DNA of 64,000 nucleotides, from assembly GCF_006345805.1 (NCBI RefSeq), contig NC_043005.1, positions 63,488,001-63,552,000 of the forward strand, given 5' to 3'. Both the position numbers and the translations under genes were made by a program. This document shows, in pieces, positions 1 through 12,582 of this stretch (its first letter is position 1; the number at the start of each line of letters is the position of its first letter). The notes below the pieces were generated by a model that searched no databases, had not been told where the DNA came from, and was given only the letters and a program-made list of their open reading frames with translations. The stretch comes from Octopus sinensis. Lineage: Eukaryota.

Positions 1-591
1 TGGATGTGGCATGCAAGAGAGACGTCTGTGCTGGTATGGTCACGTACTATGGATGGATGAGGAGAGCTGTGTGAAGAAGTGCCACTCTCAAAAAGTTGAA
101 GGAATCTGGAGTAGAGGTAGACCCAGGAAGACATGGGATAAAGTGGTGAAACATGACCTTCAAACGTTGGGCCTCACAGTGGCAATGACAAAAGGCCGAG
201 ACATCTGGAGATATGCTGTGACTGCAAAAATCTGGCAAATAAAGTGAGTTCATGGCTGTGTCCTACACCAATTTCGCATAACCAGCCCCAACCTATTCAA
301 AAGCACCTTAGATTGTAGGGCGACCTGCTGTGCTTGAGGAGATCTATTGAGTCAATACATCAACATCAAAATGAAAATCAAATGGAAATTATAGTTGTGA
401 TACATGTGCTAGTGGCACATAAAAAGCAGCCACTACACTCATGGAGTGGTTGGCGTTAGGAAGGGCATCCAGGTGTAGAAACACTGCCAGATCAGATTGG
501 AGCCTGGTGCAGCATTCTGGCTTCCCAGACCCTGGTCAAACCATCCAACCCATGCTAGCATGGAAAGCGAACATTAAACGATGATGATGAT
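1..591 (+). mobile_element. 3' end of an RTE-clade LINE (ORF C-terminus relic, 3' UTR and (GAT)n tail)
   Basis: ORF 11..247 reads RRLCWYGHVLWM...RGRPRKTWDKVVKHDL...W, the typical post-RT C-terminus of RTE-clade LINEs. It is followed by a UTR containing ggttggcgttaggaagggcatccag and ends in gatgatgatgat. Confidence 0.8.
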
Positions 592-613
592 GGTATATAT
601 ATGTATATAATAG

Positions 614-846
614 AAGGCGGCGAGCTGGCAGAAACGTTAGCACGCCGGGCGAAATTCGTAGCCGTATTTCGTCTGTCGTTGCGTTCCGAGTTCAAATTCT
701 GCAGAGGTCGACTTTGCCTTTCATCCTTTCGGGGTCAATAAATTAAGTACCAGTTACGCACTGGGATCGATGTAATCAACTTAATCCCTTTGTCTGTCCT
801 TGTTTGTCCCCTCTGTGTTTAGCCCCTTGTGGGTAGTAAAGAAATA
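614..846 (+). mobile_element. tRNA-derived SINE family A, full length (Deu/Nin-domain-like core)
   Basis: Head aaggcggcgagctggcagaaacgttagc, B-box-like gagttcaaattc, core gcctttcatcctttcggggtc...aagtaccag, tail gtaaagaaata. Many copies in the window. Confidence 0.9.
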
Positions 847-1431
847 TATATATATATATATATGGCATTACTGTATGGTTAAGAAGTTCATTTCCAAACC
901 TCATGATTTTGGGTTTAGTCCTACTGCATAATTTTGCAAGATTTCTGATATGAAATCATATTTCGAAACAAATATTGTTATATTTGGGGATGATAATTTT
1001 TTTCCTTTTGCCAAATAACCACTCACAGTATATACTCATTACGTATGTATGTATGTATGAAATGTTGAAAATATGTTAAGTTCCAAAATATTTCAGTCAT
1101 TTTCAACTTGTTGCACTCAAATAGTGGTTCAAATACACAGCCTCTATTTCAGATAATATTACAAAAAAAAATAGAGAATTTTGCTGCTAATAAGTTAATG
1201 TTTGGAATGTGAATTAATGAATTGTGAGTGTGACGAAGGGCTTCTCCAACTGGTGATCGCTTTCTAAATGCTTGCAACAGAGTAGTCTTTGCTAAAGGCA
1301 TCGATGCTCCAGCTGTTAGATTAAGCCTGTTACCAAAGTAGACAATGGGAAGGTTAGAACATAACTGGGACAAATACAGCCAGGCATCTAGTTAAGCTTT
1401 CTTACAATTCTAGCAATCTATTACCTAAGTA

Positions 1432-1555
1432 GGTAATTTTTTTATTGATTCAGAGGGATGAGAGGAAAGGTTGACTGTGTCGGGATTTGGACACAGAGTG
1501 CAGACATTCAGAACAAATACTACAAGGCACTCTAACAACTCTACTAATTCACCAT
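1432..1555 (-). mobile_element. Decayed SINE family A fragment
   Basis: Reverse-complement similarity to the family A core (ggatgagaggaaaggttgac...cagaac). Confidence 0.55.
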
Positions 1556-2587
1556 CTAGTAACAGTTCAATTATAGATCGAAAGGAACATGTCTGATATT
1601 ATTTTGTAGACCATTGGTAAATTTAATGGCAAAATTACTTTCATGAACTCAGATTTCAACTCAGTATGTAGAAAATGAAATATAAGTCATATAAGGTGGT
1701 CTGCCATTTTTCTTATTTTCGATTCAGACATTTAACTTGTTTTCCTTTGATAAATAATCCACATATGCATTTTTCCATTCTCTCATCTGACTGTTTACAC
1801 TCAATTTTCCTGCAGTTATATGTTTTCTTAAAGAAATACAGATATAAACGGCTTCATGTATCCAGAAGATTTTTATAGTTACCGAGACCACTAAGTTCAC
1901 ACTGGAGCTTCTTGCAATATTTGCCTGACAACAAATATACTTCTGGGAAATTAAATTGTGTAAATGTTCAACAGAACATATGGAATAAATTCATATAAAA
2001 GTTTTTATTTTGCCTTTCAGTGCTAAAGATCCCTGATTGTTAATTTCATTCTGTCTTATTCAATGTGTTATATTTCTTATGTCATCTGGTGGTTTGTGGA
2101 AGTAAGACTTAGCATTTCTGGTTTTTTCCATTTATCAAATAAGAAAGAAAAAAGCTTGTTTATTTCATACAGGATTCTGAATAAACACAAAATTTCAATT
2201 AAGACAGTTTGCTTTATGGTTTGTTATTGCCAAAGATTTAATCTTATGTATACTATGACAAAGAAGAAAAAAAATTTTGAAAGAAAATGTATGAAGGAAA
2301 GATGTTATAGCATAATTTTCCTGAAATATTATAAACCACAGAAAACTATATTTTATATATTGCTGAGAAACAAAAACGACAACAAAATCAAAACCGAAAA
2401 AAAGTTAGCTTTCACCACATCCAGATTATTGCTTTGAGTTTATTAGTTCTGAATCCTAGTGGTGATGTTTATGAATTTCCCAAAGTTATTAATAAAGAAA
2501 TTACAGTGAAATAACTTCAATAGACAATCAAAATGGATTCAGTCGGTTGCCGTGAGCTTACTTTTTACAGTAGAGTATACAACTCCT

Positions 2588-2707
2588 GTATGTATGCATG
2601 TATGTATGTATGTATGTATGTATGTATGTATGTATGTATGTATGTATGTATGTATGTATGCATGTATGTATGTATGTATGTATATATATGTGTGTGTGTG
2701 TTTGTGT

Positions 2708-2746
<39 letters not shown>

Positions 2747-2757
2747 GATAGATAGAT
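2588..2757. repeat. Compound microsatellite (TATG)n-(TG)n-(TA)n-(TAGA)n
   Basis: Seen directly. Confidence 0.95.
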
Positions 2758-3437
2758 ATCATTTGACTCATATAAAATGATATTGCTTGGCCTGTAGCGA
2801 TTCTACTAAGCACACATTACTTATATTAATTGGGAAATATATCAAATTCCCAATTTCCCTCTCCTCCATCACCTAGAATTCTGAAATCATTATTTTCTGA
2901 ATTATTATTTCCACCAGCCATAACTAGTAATCTAAAGGAAATAAGATATGAGAATCAAATATGGAAGTGGGGAAAGATGAATTAATAGTTTCCTAAATCA
3001 CCAATGTAAGAATCAGCACATTAGCATCATATTCTGTCACAAATGCTGCCATAGTATCTGTGAATGAGACATTTAACTCACAAAGGTTGTGTGCTAAGTA
3101 GATACAACAGTTTATGCAGTTCACTTCTATAGTAATGGCATTATTAGCTTTCAGCATTCTGCTGTCTTTTTTTTTTTCTCACATCTGCTTAATGTTATAA
3201 AAAACTAGGAATTAGCATCAATTCACAAAGTCCTCCTAATTCAGAGAAGATTAAATTAGCCAATAATAGTATCCAGCAACAAATTATTAGGGTAGATGTG
3301 ATTCCACCACATCACATTTTGTCAAAGACCATGTTATAGTTAGTGTGACTAAAATTTTGACGTTAAATGATTATTAGTAAACATTGAAGGAAACCACTTC
3401 TCATTATTTAACTGAGACAGTGGTATATACTTATGTT

Positions 3438-3670
3438 AAGGCGGCAAGCTGGCAGAAACATTAGCATGCCAGGTGAAATGCTTAGCGGTATTTCGTCTGC
3501 CGTTACGTTCTGAGTTCAAATTCTGCCAAGGTCGACTTTGCCTTTCATCCTTTCGGGGTCGATTAAATAAGTACCAGTTATGCACTGGGGTCAATATAAT
3601 TGACTTAATCCGTTTGTCTGTCCTTCTTTGTCCCCTCTGTGTTTAGCCCCTTGTGGGTAGTAAAGAAATA
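3438..3670 (+). mobile_element. SINE family A, full length, 16-bp TSD
   Basis: Flanked by ggtatatacttatgtt (3422-3437) and ggtatatatttatgtt (3671-3686). Many CpG>TpG changes. Confidence 0.92.
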
Positions 3671-3754
3671 GGTATATATTTATGTTTATCATTGTTGTTG
3701 AGTAGCTTTAATCATCTCTTCTTGTTTACAATTAGTAAGTATATTAATGTTCTG

Positions 3755-3958
3755 AACTGGCAGAATCATTAGCAAGCCAGATAAAATGCTTAGTGGTATT
3801 TGTTTTGGCTTTACATTCTGAGTTCAAATTCTGCCGAGGTCAGCTTTGCCTTTCATCCTTTCAGGATTGATAAAATAAGTACCTGTTAAACACTGGGATC
3901 GATGTAATCAACTATGCCTTTCCCCCAAAATCTGGGCCTTGTGCCTATATAGAAAGAA
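3755..3958 (+). mobile_element. SINE family A, older variant with an alternative tail (ggccttgtgcctatatagaaag)
   Basis: Same head and core as the 614-846 copy, with a different 3' tail shared with copies at 16635, 27520 and 61010. Confidence 0.8.
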
Positions 3959-4282
3959 TTCAGCAAGTATACAATACTAGCTAATTGCAACACAACATTT
4001 GATCAATTTTATGCTGTACCTTGGCAAATTGTGCTGGTGATGTTTCAAAGAATATGTACACCATGAGTTTCTAGTCCCATTAAAATGAGCTTTAAAGCCA
4101 GAATATTTTATGGCTTAGACAGTAAAGCATTAGCAAGATCCATAGCATTTTTGCAGCACTTTCAAGATAGGTAGGAGATAGGAAGAAACCAGAGATCTAG
4201 TTGAAAAACATGCAACAAAGTAGGCTCAATTCAAGTAGCTAGCCCTTGAATGTCTTGAGTGGAGCCTATTCTGTTGTAAGAA

Positions 4283-4455
4283 TAATCCATCTAATGGCCT
4301 TCTGTACAGTTTCTGTCAATCATATTTCACTCATAAGACTCAGACTAACTTGAGGCTATGGTTGAAGACATTAGTCCAAGGTAGCATGCAGTGGGATTGA
4401 ACCCAAACTCATATGAGTATGAAACAAACTTCTTCACAACATAACTATGCCTGTG
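4283..4455 (-). mobile_element. Decayed SINE family B 5' half
   Basis: Reverse-complement similarity to family B (cagtttctgtc...cagtgggattgaaccc). Confidence 0.6.
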
Positions 4456-4911
4456 GCCATAACAATGATTAATATGTTATTGAGTACTCATCTTGCAGTG
4501 AATGGTAAATGCCACACATAAAGAAAGAGAAGTTCTTTGTGGTTCATATCAACAAGTAGCTTATTTCCCATGTGAGGCTCTCTTACTTTATACATAAAGA
4601 GGCTGACTGTCAAAGCAATCAGTTTCAGATAAATTAATTTTCAATAATTGTTCTAAACCTTTGTGCTCCGAATTCAAATCCCACCAAGGTTAATTTGGCC
4701 TTTTATTCTTTTCTTGGTTGATAAATAAAGTAGTGTACTGGGGACATTTCTTTCAGTCTCTCACTCTACATTTCTGTCTATGTTTGTCTGTCTGTCTGTT
4801 TTTCTCCTTTGAATAAATTGGCCTGGAGAGAGATGGACTCTGCCATATGTCTTGGGGTCTGCTCAGTCCAAGACAAACCATACCTGATAACAGTAATCCT
4901 AAGGTTCCATC

Positions 4912-5143
4912 AAGGAGCGAGCTGGCAGAAACGTTAGCACATTGGGCGAAATACTTAGTGGTATTTCGTCTGCTATTACGTTGTGAGTTCAAATTCCGCC
5001 GAGGTTGACGTTGCCTTTCATCCTTTCAGGGTCGATAAATTAAGTACCAGTTGCACACTGGGGTCGATGTAATCGACTTAATCCGTTTGTCTGTCATTGT
5101 TTGTCCTCTCTATGTTTAGCCCCTTGTGGGTAGTAAAGAAATA
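4912..5143 (+). mobile_element. SINE family A, full length
   Basis: Consensus head, core and tail. The direct repeat ggttccatcaaggagc lies at both ends and overlaps the head. Confidence 0.9.
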
Positions 5144-6984
5144 GGTTCCATCAAGGAGCCGAGAAACCAAGGCAAGATAAGCTACTTCAATGGATCTAAT
5201 AACTTCTGAAAGACATAAGCCTCACATCACTCAATTTCTACTCCATTCAGTATCCTGATGGCTTTGTGAGTCTAAAAGAGAAATTATTGATTGTTAATTG
5301 AGGAGGTGTATTGAAGTTAAATAGCTTCAAGTTTTGTTAAATCAGTAGCTATATTAAAGTGAAATATGACTTGAATTTATACTCTATTGAAAGAATAATA
5401 TAATGATTTCGAGGTCGTGCTTTTAGACTGGTGACCATGTTAAAACAAAACCTAAACCTTATAGCAATCATTTCAATGTGCAGCTCAGTTAGGTACACAA
5501 CTCAGCTTGCTTAATTGGAATGTCATTCAGATTTCATTTCCTAGTTATATGGTTAACAGTAGGAAAGACATCCAAGCATAAAAGATATATTCTAACAAAT
5601 GCCATGTCACAAAAAAGTGGTTAAAGAAAGGAAAACAATCAGTGAATACATACTTCAAGGTTTTGAGTTCAAATTTTATTGAATTCCTTTAACGGTTAAA
5701 GCAATAACTACCTGTAGTATACTGAGATAAATAAGATTGATTACAACCCTTCAAGTATTGTTCTAAAGAGGAGAACTTATTACATATTTAATTCTGTATT
5801 TATTTAATAATTTTGGACTATCATAATAGTTATTGATTTATCTGAATTGCATGAGTATGTATGTGTGTGTGTATATTTGTGTGTTTGTGTATATGGGCGT
5901 GTCTCATTTCTTTAGTTAGATATTTTTCAGTTTCAATATTTTTCAGTTTTCAACTTTTCCTCATTGTTTATTTTTGATTTGTTGGAATCATCATCATCAT
6001 CATTATCATCATTTCATTCATTTCCACCACTTCAAGAAACTGTTTATCAAATGGTAAAATAAATCTTTAATGGGGATCAGCAACATTGAATGTTGAAAGA
6101 AAGGAGTAAAATGAATAAAGAAATATATAAAAAAAACAAAACAAAACAATGAATAAGAATATTTTTTTTTAAATACAAGTATAAATCCAATTCAGTGAAA
6201 ACATTTAGCAATAGCAACAGGAAATAATGTTATTCAATATTCATATTACCACTGTAGTTGCAATCAATACACAGGATGAAGATGAAAAAGAATAATGTAT
6301 ACTGGTAATATGCAATCTTTGACAGTAATGAAAACTAAGAATAATGGTAACTGTTTGCTTTTGTTTTATTGTTTTTGTCTTTTTTCTTTTTACTTTTTTT
6401 TCTACTTTCATGATGTGTAGAACATTAGAGATTTGTTAATGTAACACAGAAAAGAATGTCAGCATTCATAGAGAGCATGATTTTTTTTTTTTTTTTTGTA
6501 TGTGTGTCTAATATTTTTAATACTTAAAATATTTCATTCTTCACAGTTAGTTACATATTGATTTTATTTTATTTCATTTTATTTTATTCAATTCTATTCC
6601 ATTTTATTATTCTTTTTATAAGTTTATTCCTCATTGATTTCCAAAAAAGCAATGCCTTCATCATATGGTTACAGTTATGGCTGAAAAGAGTTCACTGCAG
6701 AAACAAGTACGACTTTTAAAATCCATTGTGTCATAGTAACTCTTCTTGAACAATATGTTCTCATGTCGTTTATCATTCTTAGTCATATTGGCCATCATAT
6801 ACTAAAAACATGTTATTGTAATAAATGTGTTTGCACTGTTTGTTATGTTATTATAATTGTATGGTTTGTACATTACACTATGTTATTGCTGTTCTATGAT
6901 GTAATGTAAACATTACATTGTTTATTGTAGAAACATTTTTGTAGCAAACAAAATAACTTACAATATATACACTTACCAAAGTGT

Positions 6985-7610
6985 CAGGCCACCAGAATTC
7001 TTAACATACTTAGCAGCATTTCATCTATCTTCACATTCAGAGTTCCAGTTCCATCGAGGTTGAATTTGCTTTTTATCCTTTCAGGGTCGATAAAATAAGT
7101 ACCGGTTGAGTACTGGGGTCAATGTAATCGACTAATGGAGATGCATTGTGCAACAAAATGGTTTATATTTGGTTGATTAAAAATGTAATGGCAATTATTT
7201 ATTGACCTTTTTCTTTCCTTTAAAAATCGGCATGAACTTTCCGGACAACCCAATATTATTATTATTATTATTATTACTGGCAGGCAGAATGCTTAAGGCA
7301 TTTTTTTGCTGAGTTCCAGTTCCAACAAGGAAAACTTTGCCTGTTTATCCTTTCAGGATAAATAAGTACCACTTAAGCACTGGGGTCAATGTTATTGACC
7401 AGCCCCTTCCTCCAAAATTGCAGGCCTGTGCATATAGTGAAAAGGATTATTATTATTACAACTATATGAGATATATGTTCTGAGTTCAAAGTTCTACTGC
7501 AGTCAGCTTTGCTTTTCATCGTTTCAGAATCAATAAAATGGGGGCAATGTAATTGACATACTCCCTCCTTTAAGTGTGCTGGCTTTGAACCAAACTTGAA
7601 ACCATTATCA
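6985..7610 (+). mobile_element. Cluster of three decayed SINE family A copies separated by (ATT)n
   Basis: Repeated core variants (tcctttcagggtcgataaaataagtacc and similar). Confidence 0.7.
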
Positions 7611-7646
7611 TTATTACTATATGACATATTTCACTTTATTACTACA

Positions 7647-7685
<39 letters not shown>

Positions 7686-7832
7686 TGTGTGTGTGTATGT
7701 ATGTGTGTGTGTGTGTGTTGTATGTATGTGATTACATTATATTTTATTTATTTCTCCAGTCAGCTGCTTGGCAGAATTAATGTCTCTAACAAAATGTATT
7801 GTGTTATTTAATTTTGAGTTCAAATCCTACAT

Positions 7833-8370
7833 ATCATCATCATCATCATCTAACATCTATCTTCCATGCATGCATGGAGGCTTGACAGGAGGCAGCCAGG
7901 TAGAGAACTACCCTAGGCTACAGTATTTGTTTTGGCAAGGCTTTTTTATGGCTGGATGCCCTTCCTAACACCAACCACTCTGCAGAGTGGAGTCAGTTCT
8001 TTTTCACGTGGAACTAGCACAGGTGAAGTTATTTTTGACATGATTTTTATAGCTGGATGCTTTTCCAAATGCAAACCATTTTACAGTGTTGACTGGATGC
8101 TTTTTATGTGGCACCGGCACAGGCAGGGTGACAAAGTAACAAACAAGACAAGGAATTATGAGAGGGACAGGGGTATTTGAGGAGGGGGAACTTGTGTCTG
8201 AGGATGAAATGTTAGAGTGTGACAGAGAGGCTGAAACAGGTGTCTTGCCATAGACGAGGGGGCATTGGAGGAGGTGATCCAGTATCAGATCTCGAAGGTT
8301 AGAGTGTGCCTCTCTATTTCTCTGAGATGTAGAAATAGGTGTCTTGCTATAGAGGAAGTACATGGTTACC
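7833..8370 (-). mobile_element. RTE-type LINE/SINE 3' end, same tail family as 440-591
   Basis: (CAT)n followed by ggctggatgcccttcctaacaccaacc, the reverse complement of the tail motif at about 448-472. Confidence 0.7.
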
Positions 8371-8453
8371 CAGTGAGAGAGAAAGAGAGAAAAAGAAAAG
8401 AAAGATAGAGTGAGAGAGAGAAGAGAATGTATGTGTGCATGTATATATATATA

Positions 8454-8492
<39 letters not shown>

Positions 8493-8925
8493 CGCTACAT
8501 GTTCTAATATGTTCACAAGGTCAAGCAACGACATGGATAACCCATTGTTAATTTGTGTTGTTGGTAGAAGTTGTCTGTTGTGTAGCCCAAGGTTAGCTCT
8601 GATCAAACAGTCCAATGAGGAAAAGCAGTCAACTCAAGACCACCCAATAATGATTTATACCATATGTCCCTCTTTTAAAACAGTAGAGTCTCATCAGAGT
8701 GAAAATTAGCTGTTATATCTCCCAAGTCAGGCACTGCATAGGAACTCCTTTACAGGAAAAATATTGTTGCAGTTGTTTTTATTGTTGTTTTTTTAATCGC
8801 AGACCACAACTGACTGCATATACTTTTCATCTAAAGCCAATTTAGCTGTGGCAGTCTCATCATTTTTGTTATATGCGGGGTAACCAGAATAACATCATGG
8901 TCTATATGTGTGGTCCAAATAAGAA

Positions 8926-9174
8926 CTGACTGCTGCTTTTAGCAAGTCAAGCATTATATTTTGACGTACTCTTCAGTTCAAGTAGTTGTAATTGTTGTAT
9001 TAGATGTAATAGCAGCAGTATCAGTAGTTGTTGTCGTAACTAAGACAAAATGTAAATATGAATTTGAATATTGCTTTATAAAACAGATGTCATATATACA
9101 TAAATATATATATATTATAAATATATATATATATATATATATATGCATATGTACATACATATGTGTACATACTT

Positions 9175-9232
<58 letters not shown>

Positions 9233-9528
9233 TTACATATGATTATAGGGCACAGGACATCACAGAACGTAAACAACATGAAATACGAAATACAAAAACA
9301 TGGAATACGAACTTTTTTGCAAACAGCAAAAGAAACAAATGGAAAACAAAGCAGGCAACATAAAGGACAACCCTTCATCAGTTGTCGGCTGTTTTCCTGC
9401 TCTGTATTTTGAGAAATTCATGACAAGATATACCTTTGACAAAACAGTTGCTCCCTCAAAGCAAATTAAATAAAATTTTGGATTTTGCAGAGGGTCAGAG
9501 TTGGTAGCAAAAACAGGAGAGTGAAAAC
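8926..9528 (+). repeat. Copy 1 of a ~600-bp near-identical direct duplication (copy 2 at 11979-12582)
   Basis: Identical start ctgactgctgcttttagcaag and shared end gagtgaaaac. Duplicated ORFs in the track (8961/12014, 9260/12316). Confidence 0.95.
9240..9528 (-). mobile_element. (TA)n-anchored interspersed repeat family X (also 11590-11978 +, 12296-12582 -, tiny fragment near 55565)
   Basis: The reverse complement aligns with 11750-11978 (cctgtttttg...aaattttatttaattt...gacaactgatgaagg). The 3' end runs into (TA)n. Confidence 0.7.
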
Positions 9529-10066
9529 TCCTGGTTTACGGAATTGATTTTTATTTGCGGTTGAAGCTTTGGCTGTTATTTCTAGTGGGTGAATGGCCTA
9601 TTATGGCCGTTCCTTGATTGTTGATGTTGAACTTAAAAATGGTCTATGACTATTTAATTTTTTCCCACTAGGCCGCTGGTGGCAAAAAAATTCTACAAAA
9701 TTTTTTGCCACCCTATATTGAAAATATCTGTTCCGACTTGGCTATTTCTTACTGAAGAATCTGAGGGCCTATGGAAGATTGGCTTGATTTAATTTAATCA
9801 GGTTAGTTACCATTAAACAGCAGATGAAACGGTGCATCGTATAAGAAATTACAGGGTAAATGTTTTTTAAATTTTCTCCTGGTTACGGAATTGATTTTTA
9901 TTTGCGGTTGAAGCTTTGGCTGTTATTCTAGTGGGTGAATGGCCTATATGGCCGTTCCTTGATTGTTGATGTTGAACTTAAAAATGGTCTATGACTATTT
10001 AATTTTTTCCCACTAGGCCGCTGGTGGCAAAAAAATTCTACAAAATTTTTTGCCACCCTATATTGA
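9528..10066 (+). repeat. Two ~190-bp direct repeats (9528-9721, 9876-10066), each ending in a hairpin and ...gccacccta
   Basis: Seen directly. Hairpin ggtggcaaaaaaatt / aattttttgccacc. Confidence 0.9.
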
Positions 10067-10074
10067 TTAATTAT

Positions 10075-10123
<49 letters not shown>

Positions 10124-10201
10124 AATGTATATATATATATTTTATTTAATTTTATTTGTTAGGGAATAAAAATTCCGGCATAACAGGGGTTCAAATTATT
10201 C

Positions 10202-10688
10202 TCATTTAGAGATAGTAGGCCCCTTCATCTCACCAAATAAAAAAAGAATATTTATTTTAAATACCTACTATTTTATAACTTGGCTACACGTGTTTCATGA
10301 GATACATTTCCCGGTTCCTAAACCACTCCGTGTTTTGCTGGAACCCTTCTTAAAATGTAACCCCAATCATCAGTCCCTTATATCATTTTATCATCGTTCA
10401 ATACTATGAACTATATTTTGATTTTTTAAAAACCATAAGTATGTGTAAAATAGGTACGTGTAAATTAGGTTCGCTGGACCCTACAGTACAAGCCATAATT
10501 CAGATGAAAATTCAAATAAAAAATTTGGGGATACATTTTAAGAAGGGTTCCAGCAAAACACGGTGTGGTTTAGGAACCGGGAAATGTATCTCATGAAACA
10601 CGTGTTGCCAAGTTATAAAATAGTAGGTATTTAAAATAAAAATTCTTTTTTATATGGTGAGATGAAGGGGCCTACTATCTCTAAATGA
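10202..10688. mobile_element. Fold-back element with ~165-bp inverted arms (10202-10366 / 10525-10688), PLE pseudo-LTR-like
   Basis: The arms are near-perfect reverse complements, lie between (TA)n tracts, and the left arm overlaps an HHR motif. Confidence 0.8.
10281..10378 (-). ncRNA. Type I hammerhead ribozyme motif (long stem II, weak stem I)
   Basis: Minus strand: ggga CUGAUGA uugggguuacauuu...aaauguaucucau GAAA cacgug UA gcca. The core boxes are intact and stem III is palindromic, but stem I pairs poorly. Confidence 0.6.
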
Positions 10689-10721
<33 letters not shown>

Positions 10722-10819
10722 TATTTATTCATGTAAACATATACATATATAATACATACACACACGCAGACACACACACGCACAAACACACACACACACA
10801 TATATATATTCATACAGAT

Positions 10820-11025
10820 GTACAAGGAAAGACCGAAAAGTTCATGGTTTTGGTTAAAAAGAAATACAAGAGAATCAGTTAATCATGATTCAATTCAATA
10901 TATCCCTCTCTCTGATTCATACATTTATTGCAGTTGTCTTGAGATTCTCTAAGCCCTGTAAAAGAACTCAGAAGTTAGGGACTCCAACTAGGCCTTTCAC
11001 AACACCTTTAAAGCCAGAACTTTAT
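10820..11025 (-). mobile_element. Mariner-derived MITE
   Basis: Degenerate TIRs (gaaaagttcatggttt / aaagccagaacttt). The internal minus-strand relic resembles the mariner C-terminus (CNKCMNQR..GYIE). Confidence 0.55.
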
Positions 11026-11070
11026 ATGATATATATACATGTAGGTATTTACATATAATACCTTACATAT

Positions 11071-11303
11071 AAGGCGGTGAGCTGGCAGAAGCGTTAGCAC
11101 GCCGGGCGAAATGCTTAGTGGTATGTCGTCTGCCGCTACGTTCTGAGTTCAAATTCTGCCGAGGTCGACTTTGCCTTTCATCCTTTCGGGGTCGATAAAT
11201 TAAGTACCAGTTACGCACTGGGGTCGATGTAATTGACTTAATCCGTTTGTCTGTCCTTGTTTGTCCCCTCTGTGTCTAGCCCCTTGTGGGTAGTAAAGAA
11301 ATA
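11071..11303 (+). mobile_element. SINE family A, full length
   Basis: Consensus sequence. taggtatttacatata is repeated on both flanks. Confidence 0.92.
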
Positions 11304-11526
11304 GGTATTTACATATATGTATGTATATATGTATATATTTATATATTGTATTATTATATGTTCGAATGCCACGCATCTTTTTCCAAATAAGTTTTATCTT
11401 AGTAATTACGATGCGCACACTTATTCTATCTCTTTTCTGCTTATATATATCTCCCTTTCTTGTTCTTCTTCCTTTCTGTTTTTCTCTCCCACCCTTTCCT
11501 TATTCTTCTTCTCTCCCCTACACTGT

Positions 11527-11575
<49 letters not shown>

Positions 11576-11589
11576 CTTCCTCCTTGACT

Positions 11590-11978
11590 CTCTCGTTGCT
11601 CACACGTGACCAACGGCTATCCATCATTCTTTCTCCCACTACCTTCCTAAAGACAAGTCGTGTTTTATCTGTCTCTTCTCAAAGCTCGCTTTCCCAGCAT
11701 TCACCACTTTACATCGTCTTGGCTTTACAGCCCTCACTGTTTGTTTTTACTGTTTCTCACTATCCTGTTTTTGTAACCACTTTCATCCTGCGCAAAAAAT
11801 CCCAAATTTTATTTAATTTCCTTTGCGGGAAGGATGTTTTAACGAAGTCGCGTCTTGTCCTTACCTTCGAAACATGGAGTAGATAAAACAGGGGACAACA
11901 GATGAAGGAAATGTTCTTTGTGTTGCATGTCTCATTTCTCTGTTTCCATTTTTCGTTGTTTGAAATAAATTTTGTTTT
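11590..11978 (+). mobile_element. Interspersed repeat family X, diverged copy following a (CT)n tract
   Basis: Homologous to the reverse complement of 9240-9528. Confidence 0.65.
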
Positions 11979-12228
11979 CTGACTGCTGCTTTTAGCAAGT
12001 CAAGCATTATATTTTGACGTACTCTTCAGTTCAAGTAGTTGTAATTGTTGTATTAGATGTAATAGCAGCAGTATCAGTAGTTGTTGTCGTAACTAAGACA
12101 AAATGTAAATATGAATTTGAATATTGCTTTATAAAACAGATGTCATATATACATAAATATATATATATCATAAATAATATATATATGTATATATAATATA
12201 TGCATATGTACATACATATGTGTACATA

Positions 12229-12282
<54 letters not shown>

Positions 12283-12582
12283 ATGTATTTACATATGAAT
12301 ATAGGGCACAGGACATCACAGAACGTAAACAACATGAAATACGAAATACAAAAACATGGAATACGAACCTTTTTGCAAACAGCAAAAGAAACAAATGGAA
12401 AACAAAGCAGGCAACATAAAGGACAACCCTTCATCAGTTGTCGGCTGTTTTCCTGCTCTGTATTTCGAGAAATTCATGACAAGATATACCTTTGACAAAA
12501 CAGTTGCTCCCTCAAAGCAAATTAAATAAAATTTTGGATTTTGCAGAGGGTCAGAGTTGGTAGCAAAAACAAGAGTGAAAAC
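11979..12582 (+). repeat. Copy 2 of the ~600-bp duplication
   Basis: Matches 8926-9528 apart from a few substitutions and microsatellite length. Confidence 0.95.
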
